Below, piece after piece: positions 57,329 through 64,000 of a DNA stretch of 64,000 bases. The stretch covers positions 544,001 through 608,000 of the forward strand of contig JBLWTJ010000002.1 in the NCBI GenBank assembly GCA_048270185.1. The letters are read 5' to 3'. The position numbers were made by a program, and so were the translations under genes. A model generated the notes under the pieces. It had not been told where the DNA came from. It saw nothing but the letters and a program-made list of their open reading frames with translations, and ran no database searches. Positions within the stretch are counted from its first letter, which is position 1, and each line of letters begins with the position of its first letter. The DNA is from Bacteriovoracaceae bacterium. Lineage in GTDB: Bacteria > Bdellovibrionota > Bacteriovoracia > Bacteriovoracales > Bacteriovoracaceae.

Positions 57329-59995
57329 GTGACTAAAAGTTTCGAAGATTTACCGAAGACGTATAGTTCAGGTGATGTAGAAAAAAAGTGGTACCAGAAA
57401 TGGGAAGGTGAAAAGTATTTTGCTCCTAAAGCAGGAAAGACTGGTGAGTCTTTTTGCGTCATCATGCCACCTCCAAACGTCACAGGAATTCTTCACGCAG
57501 GTCACGCCCTTGATATCACAACTCAAGATGCCCTTATTCGTTTTAAAAGAATGAAAGGTTATGAAACTCTTTTCCTTCCAGGAATGGATCACGCAGGTAT
57601 TGCAACTCAATCGAAAGTTGAAGAGCTAATTTGGAATGAGGAAAAGAAAACAAAGCACGACTACTCTCGCGAAGAGTTCTTAGAGAAAATCTGGAACTGG
57701 AAAGAAGAGTACGGTGGTGTTATCGCTAACCAACAACGAGTGATGGGAGCAAGTTGTGATTGGGATTACTCAATGTTCACAATGGACCCAGAAGCAAATG
57801 AAGCAGTAAGACGAGCCTTCGTAACTCTATACAATGAAGGTCTAATCTATCAATCAGATTATATTGTTAACTGGGATCCAAAACTTCAATCAGCAATATC
57901 TGATGCAGAAGTTGATCACAAAGAAGTAAATGGTGCTTTCTACCATATTCTCTATTCAGTAAAAGATAGCGATATTAAGTTAGAAGTAGCAACAACAAGA
58001 CCTGAAACTCTTCTAGGAGATACGGCCGTTGCAGTTAATCCAAACGATGAAAGATTCGCTCACCTCATTGGAAAGAAAGCAATCGTTCCACTGTGTAACC
58101 GTGAGGTTCCAATTGTAGGCGACGAACACGTTGATATTGAAAAAGGGACAGGTTGCCTAAAAGTTACTCCAGGTCACGACTTCAATGACTTTGAAATTGG
58201 AAAGAGACACAATCTTGAAATCATCAATATTCTAAACCTTGATGGTACTCTTAATGAGCACGGACTTGAGTGGCAAGGACTAACATGTAAGAAGGCCCGT
58301 AAAGGTGTTATTGAAAAACTAAAAGAGCTTGAACTATTTGTTAAAGAAGAAAAGCATGTCCACCAAGTTGGACACGGAGAAAGATCTGGTGTTGTTATTG
58401 AACCAATGATTTCAAAACAATGGTTTGTCGATGTACACTCGATGTCAGCAGAAGCTGTTGCTAGAGTTGAAGACGATACGACTCGCTTCTATCCAAAAGG
58501 CTGGGAGAACACTTATTTTTCTTGGCTTCGCGAGCCAAAGAACTGGTGTGTTTCACGCCAACTACTATGGGGTCACCGTATTCCTGTATTCACATGTAAC
58601 TCTTGTGAACACCAATGGGCCGATGAAGCTCTTGAGCCAGAATCATGTCCAAAGTGTTCTAAAAAAGATTACACACAAGATCCTGATGTTCTTGATACGT
58701 GGTTCTCATCTGGCCTATGGCCGATGTCGACACTTGGTTGGCCAAATGAGCAAAGAATGCAAGAGCGTGGTTTTGATAGGTTCTACCCGACTTCAGTTCT
58801 AATCACTGGTTTTGATATTATCTTCTTCTGGGTAGCTAGAATGATGATGATGGGAACAAAATTTTCTAACAAAGTCCCATTCGATAAAGTTTATATTCAC
58901 GCCATCGTAAGAGATAAGCTAGGTCGTAAAATGAGTAAGTCTCTTGGTAACGGTATTGATCCACTAGAGATGGTTGAGCAATACGGAGCAGACGCTTTCC
59001 GTTTTACTCTTGCAGCAGGCTCTGGCTACAACCGTGCTATCAATCTTGATCCTGAGAGAATTGCAGGTTACAGAAACTTCATTAATAAAATTTGGAATGC
59101 CTTCCGTTTTATTTCTCCATTCTTAGAACTTGCGGACAAGAACCTTCCAGAAAAATTAGATGACCAAGAAAAATGGATTCTATCTGAACTTAACGATACA
59201 ACAAAGCTTGTTAATGAGTCTCTTGAAGCTTTCCGCTACGATGATGCTTGTTCTGAGATCTACTCATTTGTTTATGACAAATTCTGCTCTTGGTTTATCG
59301 AGCTTTCAAAGAATACTCTTAACGGAGATGATGAAGCGGTTAAAGTTCAAAGAGCAACAGTTCTTAAATACTGTTTTAGAAAAATCACAGCACTTCTTCA
59401 CCCTATCTCTCCATTTATCACTGAAGAACTTTGGGGCTACTTAAAAGAAGAGTCTGAAGATCTTCTAATCTCTGCTGAGTACCCAGAATTTAATCCAGCT
59501 CTAAGCTATGCTAATGAGCAAGTAAAAATGAATAAATTTATTGAAGTTGTTTCAGGAATTCGATTCCTTAGACAGTCAGTAAATATCAAGCCAAAAGATG
59601 AAGTCGAAGTTGAATTATTCACAGATGATTCAGAAGCGGCTTCATACTTTGCAGATAACATGGCCGGTATGCAAGACCTTGCTCGTGCTAAAGACATTAA
59701 GATTAAAGATAAATCTGAAACTAAGCCAGGCAAGTGTATCGTTAAGGCCACAACACACACTGATATCTTCCTTCAATTAGATGGTGTGATCGACCTTGAT
59801 GCCCAAATCAAACGTCTTGAAAAAGACTTTGATAAGACTCAAAAAGAATTCGATAAGATTGGAAAGAAACTTAATAATGAAAAGTTTATGGCCAATGCTC
59901 CAGACGAAGTTGTTGTGGAAGTAAGAGAGAAGGCCCAGGCCTTTGAAGAGAAGTTGAAATCTCTAAGCGAACAAATCGAACAATTCAAATCATAA
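57329..59995 (+). CDS. valS: valine--tRNA ligase
   Basis: PPPNVTGILHAGHA, DHAGIATQ, DVLDTWFSS, KMSKS, C-terminal coiled coil. Confidence 0.98.
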   Translation: MTKSFEDLPKTYSSGDVEKKWYQKWEGEKYFAPKAGKTGESFCVIMPPPNVTGILHAGHALDITTQDALIRFKRMKGYETLFLPGMDHAGIATQSKVEELIWNEEKKTKHDYSREEFLEKIWNWKEEYGGVIANQQRVMGASCDWDYSMFTMDPEANEAVRRAFVTLYNEGLIYQSDYIVNWDPKLQSAISDAEVDHKEVNGAFYHILYSVKDSDIKLEVATTRPETLLGDTAVAVNPNDERFAHLIGKKAIVPLCNREVPIVGDEHVDIEKGTGCLKVTPGHDFNDFEIGKRHNLEIINILNLDGTLNEHGLEWQGLTCKKARKGVIEKLKELELFVKEEKHVHQVGHGERSGVVIEPMISKQWFVDVHSMSAEAVARVEDDTTRFYPKGWENTYFSWLREPKNWCVSRQLLWGHRIPVFTCNSCEHQWADEALEPESCPKCSKKDYTQDPDVLDTWFSSGLWPMSTLGWPNEQRMQERGFDRFYPTSVLITGFDIIFFWVARMMMMGTKFSNKVPFDKVYIHAIVRDKLGRKMSKSLGNGIDPLEMVEQYGADAFRFTLAAGSGYNRAINLDPERIAGYRNFINKIWNAFRFISPFLELADKNLPEKLDDQEKWILSELNDTTKLVNESLEAFRYDDACSEIYSFVYDKFCSWFIELSKNTLNGDDEAVKVQRATVLKYCFRKITALLHPISPFITEELWGYLKEESEDLLISAEYPEFNPALSYANEQVKMNKFIEVVSGIRFLRQSVNIKPKDEVEVELFTDDSEAASYFADNMAGMQDLARAKDIKIKDKSETKPGKCIVKATTHTDIFLQLDGVIDLDAQIKRLEKDFDKTQKEFDKIGKKLNNEKFMANAPDEVVVEVREKAQAFEEKLKSLSEQIEQFKS

Positions 59996-60000
59996 ATAAG

Positions 60001-60029
60001 AAGGCCCGCAAATTAAGCGGGCCTTTTTT
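60001..60029. terminator. intrinsic terminator between convergent genes
   Basis: AAGGCCCGC-AAATTAA-GCGGGCCTT then T-run. Confidence 0.85.
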
Positions 60030-60564
60030 ATATTTCAAAATAATAATATTCTTCTTGATAGATCTCTTTATTAAATTCCAGTGGAGATTCTTTTAAGAAC
60101 TTTCCTCCGTTCTTAATAAAGAAACCTTTTGATGGATTATCCTTAAAAGTACAAATATAGAAACAATCATAACCACGATTTTTAAAGTCATTTATAACTG
60201 CATCAAGTAACTCTTGCCCTAGTCCTGCTTTCTGATACTTCTTCAAAATATAGAAGTCATAAATCTCACCAGGAATTCCATGCTCATGTTCACGAGCAGG
60301 GCCGTAATCAATGAAGCCCGCCACATCTCCATCAGGCGCGTGGAAAACCAGCGTTCCACCCTCTGTTGGCCTTCGAGGAATTTTACGTTCCCAAGCTTGC
60401 TGAACGTCAGTGTACTTTAATGAGTAAAGATATTCTTTAGAAAGGATGCCCTTGTAGTTTTCCCAAAAGCAATCCACGTAGATTCTGGCCAAAGATTTGA
60501 TATCTTCCGGCTGTACAGGAAGGATCTCAAATGGTGCAAATGTTAAGTCTTTTGCGGCCGTCAT
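60028..60564 (-). CDS. GNAT N-acetyltransferase
   Basis: YILKKYQKAGLGQELL (motif A), NPSKGFFIKNG. Confidence 0.85.
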   Translation of the reverse strand: MTAAKDLTFAPFEILPVQPEDIKSLARIYVDCFWENYKGILSKEYLYSLKYTDVQQAWERKIPRRPTEGGTLVFHAPDGDVAGFIDYGPAREHEHGIPGEIYDFYILKKYQKAGLGQELLDAVINDFKNRGYDCFYICTFKDNPSKGFFIKNGGKFLKESPLEFNKEIYQEEYYYFEI

Positions 60565-60615
60565 ATAAATATTTTAGCAAGTTTCCCACAGGCCCGCAAT
60601 CGCTTCAATTATGCA

Positions 60616-61548
60616 CTATGGAACAAGCCTAAGTGACTGATAATTAATAATATAATCTTCTAAATCGGGGAAAGCTTTAAGTTGAATCATTTCTGAGATC
60701 CCATAGGACAGCAGTGAATTCCCACTAAACGATAACTGACCAATCGTCTCTGGCATATACTTCCAATGAGGCAAGTCACTGTCTTCTTCACACATTAAGA
60801 AGGCCAACTGTCCTCGGTTTCGACTCATTTGAGCAGTGGCCAATGAGTTCGTAATAACTGCATCAAACTCATCAATACGACGTCTTAGAATATTTGGTGA
60901 TTCATTAAATAACTTTATATTCTTCTTAACCTTCACTTCTTCGTAGTCTTGTAACGCCTCATTAGAGATATAACCGTGAAGATTTAAAGTCGGAAGACAC
61001 TCGGCCACAAAGTTAATTCGATCAATAAAGACCTGATCATACTTATGTGGAAAAGGAATCAATATATTTGAAATTGTTGGATGGGTAAAATGATGATCAA
61101 TTGCAAGATCTTTATAATTTCCAGAAATTGCTTTTAAAGCTGACGCCTTTTGTTCATCTAAGTATTCTCCACTAAACTCAGGAAGAGATATTTGATAGAA
61201 GAAACTCTTAGGCCCACCTTGTAGTCCAATTTTTGTATTTGCACGAAAGGCCAGACCAAGAACGGCCGAATACATATCATTAACAAAATCAAAGTAGAAA
61301 TCAGTATTAAAAATATCATGAAGATTGGCCGCAAATTTATGTGCCGCAAACATCGACTCTGTTTCTTTCTTTGATATTGGATAGGCCCAACAGCGTGACG
61401 GGAGCCAGAAATCATCAACATCAATCGTATCATTATAGACAATCGCAACCTGATTATCTTCATGCTCATTTACAATAGCATTTGCAATAGGAAGAACTGA
61501 AGCAAACTCGACTTCATCTCCTTTTACTCGTAGGAGAAATTTCTTCAT
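60616..61548 (-). CDS. divergent glycosyltransferase family 9 (heptosyltransferase-like) protein
   Basis: 'KKFLLRVKGDEVEFASVLPIANAI' and 'FDAVITNSLATAQMS' echo GT9 N- and C-terminal motifs. Confidence 0.5.
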   Translation of the reverse strand: MKKFLLRVKGDEVEFASVLPIANAIVNEHEDNQVAIVYNDTIDVDDFWLPSRCWAYPISKKETESMFAAHKFAANLHDIFNTDFYFDFVNDMYSAVLGLAFRANTKIGLQGGPKSFFYQISLPEFSGEYLDEQKASALKAISGNYKDLAIDHHFTHPTISNILIPFPHKYDQVFIDRINFVAECLPTLNLHGYISNEALQDYEEVKVKKNIKLFNESPNILRRRIDEFDAVITNSLATAQMSRNRGQLAFLMCEEDSDLPHWKYMPETIGQLSFSGNSLLSYGISEMIQLKAFPDLEDYIINYQSLRLVP

Positions 61549-62261
61549 TTCTCTTGTCCATTCACTCTTAGTTCACAATAAATTACTGTAAAGAAAACCA
61601 CTGCAAGTGGAAGAAAGAATAAATTTAAAATAGGAACAGAAATAAGAAACATAAAGCACACTCCTCCTAGTAGATAAGGAAAGAAGCCGTGTCTGACATC
61701 ACCAATGCATTCAGAAAAATTTAATTCATTACGTGCCCAAGAGTAATCAACAAATGAAATTGCAAGAATTAGTCCCCCTAAAATAAATGTGATTGGTGGA
61801 AAAACAAAGCCAAGTGCGATATTAGCAATTGAGAGAAGTGCAATGACTCCGATCTTTTTAACTTCATTCATTAAGATACTTGGAAGCCTTTTAAAAGTTT
61901 CAATAAGTGAATCTGTTGATTCTTTTCTTAATTCATAGATCTTTTCAACTCTGGCACTAATCATGTCATTAAATGGAGAAGCAACAACTGAAATAAAAAT
62001 AAAGAACGTCCAGTTGATTAAAACTCCAAGAATAAGAATTGCAAGACCAGAAATTAGAGTATTCATCCAACCTTGGTCAGGGAATTTTTCATTGATATAT
62101 CCATGTCCCCAAGCAGATACTTCACTATAGGCATATTGACCGAGAAAGTAGTAGAACGCAAAGCCAATAAGAACTGGGCATAGTGCAATCATTATCATCG
62201 TCTTATCAGTCTTGAGTAAGTTCATCGAACGAAAAAAGAAATATGGGATTTTTGCTATCAT
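61545..62261 (-). CDS. EI24/CysZ-family membrane protein
   Basis: VASPFNDMISARVE, SFVDY, SVPILNLF. Confidence 0.8.
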   Translation of the reverse strand: MIAKIPYFFFRSMNLLKTDKTMIMIALCPVLIGFAFYYFLGQYAYSEVSAWGHGYINEKFPDQGWMNTLISGLAILILGVLINWTFFIFISVVASPFNDMISARVEKIYELRKESTDSLIETFKRLPSILMNEVKKIGVIALLSIANIALGFVFPPITFILGGLILAISFVDYSWARNELNFSECIGDVRHGFFPYLLGGVCFMFLISVPILNLFFLPLAVVFFTVIYCELRVNGQEK

Positions 62262-62675
62262 TTATTCTCCGCTATTTTTTAATGGAAACTTAAAACCTTT
62301 AAGTCGCTCAAAATCTCCAAGCCCAGGTTTTTCAGGTATTGCCTTCACAATATCCTTTAAGTTCTGCCAATCAAGATTCTTATCCATTATATCTGACTCC
62401 ACATGATTTTTTTCAATGAAGTCAATTTTACCCTTGGCCTTCTTAATCATTCCCGAAGCGCCGTTTAGGTTGTCATCTTCTTGATGATAGAGACATGTGG
62501 CCAATTGAATCACGACCCAATAGACATAACGCGCATTGTCTCCAATAGCATCCATCCAAAGATCTTCCACGACTTCGTGGCACATCCAATAATGCTTCGT
62601 ATTAAACAGCTTTAACCCCTCTTGAAGAAGGTCTAAGTGCTCATCAGTGAATTGTCCAAAGTGATATTTCGTCAT
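62262..62675 (-). CDS. DUF309 family protein (start revised to MTKYH)
   Basis: GLKLFN..YWMCHEVVEDLW..IQLA..YH..NLNGA. Confidence 0.8.
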   Translation of the reverse strand: MTKYHFGQFTDEHLDLLQEGLKLFNTKHYWMCHEVVEDLWMDAIGDNARYVYWVVIQLATCLYHQEDDNLNGASGMIKKAKGKIDFIEKNHVESDIMDKNLDWQNLKDIVKAIPEKPGLGDFERLKGFKFPLKNSGE

Positions 62676-62800
62676 ATTACAGCATAGTCTAGTGCATCTT
62701 AGACTTATGCACATGACACATAGGCCAAAACTATTCAATTTAATCTAAAGACGATAGAATTTCTCAAATTATGACGTCAATTTAAATAGGATTAAATTAA

Positions 62801-63934
62801 ATGAATCGAAAAGATCTCGTGCCTGAATATTTAAAGAATCTCCAAGTTTATCAAGCGGGAAAACCAATTGATGAAGTTGTCAGAGAAAAGGGGCTAACAA
62901 AAGTTTCAAAACTAGCTTCTAACGAAAACCCTCTTGGGCCATCGCCTTATGCAATTAGAGAAATGACTCGAGGACTTTGGGATCTTCACCGCTATCCAGA
63001 TATGCATGCATACGCACTTAAATCGAAACTTGCACAGATGTATGATCTAAAATTAGAAAATATTATTTTAGGAAATGGATCAGAGGGAATCATGGCATAT
63101 ATTGCTCGTGCATTCTTGCAACCAAATGATGAAGTCCTAACATGTGATAATACATTTATTGGCTTCTATATTCTTGCACGTAGTGTTGGGGCAAAACTTA
63201 ATAAGGTCCCATTAACTAAAGATTATCGTTTTGACGTTAAGGCCCTTGCTGAGAATATTACAGATAAGACAAAAGTCATCTATATCGCAAACCCAAATAA
63301 TCCAACGGGTACATATATAACAAAAGAAGAGTTCGATTATTTAATGAAATTTGTACCTTCTCATACTCTTGTTATCTTAGATGAAGCCTATTTTGAATTT
63401 GCTCAAGATCAAGACGATTATCCTGATTCGATGAACTATCGATATGATAATGTCCTTACACTTAGAACTTTTTCAAAAGCTTATGGTTTATCTGGAATTC
63501 GTGTTGGCTACGGCTTTGGTCATCCTGAACTTATTGGCTATCTAAGTAGAGTAAAGCTTCCATTTGAACCAAACCTCATTGGACAACTAGGAGCCGTTGG
63601 TGCCCTTGAAGATCGCCCGCATCTTGAAAGAACTCTTCGTAATAATCGCAAGAGATATGATGAATTAATGGAATACTTAATTGATCGCAAATTTAATCCA
63701 ATTAAATCAATTACAAACTTCGTGACAATTAAAACTGGAAGTAGTGAAGCAAGTGACTTCATGTTTGAAGAACTTCTTAACGAAGGTGTCATCATTAGAA
63801 AACTTGTTGCTAATGAAATGCCTGAATTTGTCAGAATTAGTATTGGAACAAAAGATGAAATGTATCACTTCTACGAAGCATTTGATCGCATCCTACCAGC
63901 CTACAATAAAAGATTCAGAAAGGAACTTCTATGA
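62801..63934 (+). CDS. hisC: histidinol-phosphate/aromatic amino acid aminotransferase
   Basis: KLASNENPLG, RYPD, NPNNPTG, DEAY, RTFSKAYGLSGIRVGY. Confidence 0.9.
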   Translation: MNRKDLVPEYLKNLQVYQAGKPIDEVVREKGLTKVSKLASNENPLGPSPYAIREMTRGLWDLHRYPDMHAYALKSKLAQMYDLKLENIILGNGSEGIMAYIARAFLQPNDEVLTCDNTFIGFYILARSVGAKLNKVPLTKDYRFDVKALAENITDKTKVIYIANPNNPTGTYITKEEFDYLMKFVPSHTLVILDEAYFEFAQDQDDYPDSMNYRYDNVLTLRTFSKAYGLSGIRVGYGFGHPELIGYLSRVKLPFEPNLIGQLGAVGALEDRPHLERTLRNNRKRYDELMEYLIDRKFNPIKSITNFVTIKTGSSEASDFMFEELLNEGVIIRKLVANEMPEFVRISIGTKDEMYHFYEAFDRILPAYNKRFRKELL

Positions 63935-64000
63935 AAATATGCCAATATGTAAATCATGGAACTCACCGCCCAGAACCAAGACTCGGTATCTTAACAGACG
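63931..64000 (+). CDS. start of next gene (partial), MKICQYVNHGTHRPEPRLGILTD
   Basis: ATGA overlap with the hisC stop, AAGGA SD; open to the window end; loosely like FAH-family N-termini. Confidence 0.5.
   Translation, partial: MKICQYVNHGTHRPEPRLGILTD

Overview
AT-rich chromosomal window, most consistent with a predatory Bacteriovoracia (Halobacteriovorax/Bacteriovorax-like, Bdellovibrionota). This placement is an inference from gene content such as the Agl-Glt gliding cluster and many Cys-rich secreted orphans. Core genes include msbA-like (partial), psd, an HtrA protease, Btu/Fec-like and Yej-like ABC transporters, lepB, groES-groEL, a ClC antiporter, polA, msrC, trxA, gmhA, addAB, hslO, a FadF-like Fe-S oxidoreductase, valS and a hisC-like aminotransferase. 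I found no rRNA, tRNA, CRISPR array, transposase or phage genes. The standout is the ORF-free 13402-14119 gap. On the minus strand, a near-consensus sigma-54 promoter (TGGCAC-N7-TGC, GG-N10-GC) with IHF-like and UAS-like sites points into a ~430-nt densely folded RNA. Its hairpin loops repeatedly display A(N)GGA motifs, the architecture of CsrB/RsmY/RsmZ-type CsrA sponges, and it also has an anti-Shine-Dalgarno loop. Other notable items are a five-gene cluster of Cys-rich secreted unknowns (20326-26994), a hairpin cluster downstream of groEL, and a split, convergent Agl/Glt gliding locus. All calls are by eye; no database searches or folding programs were run.
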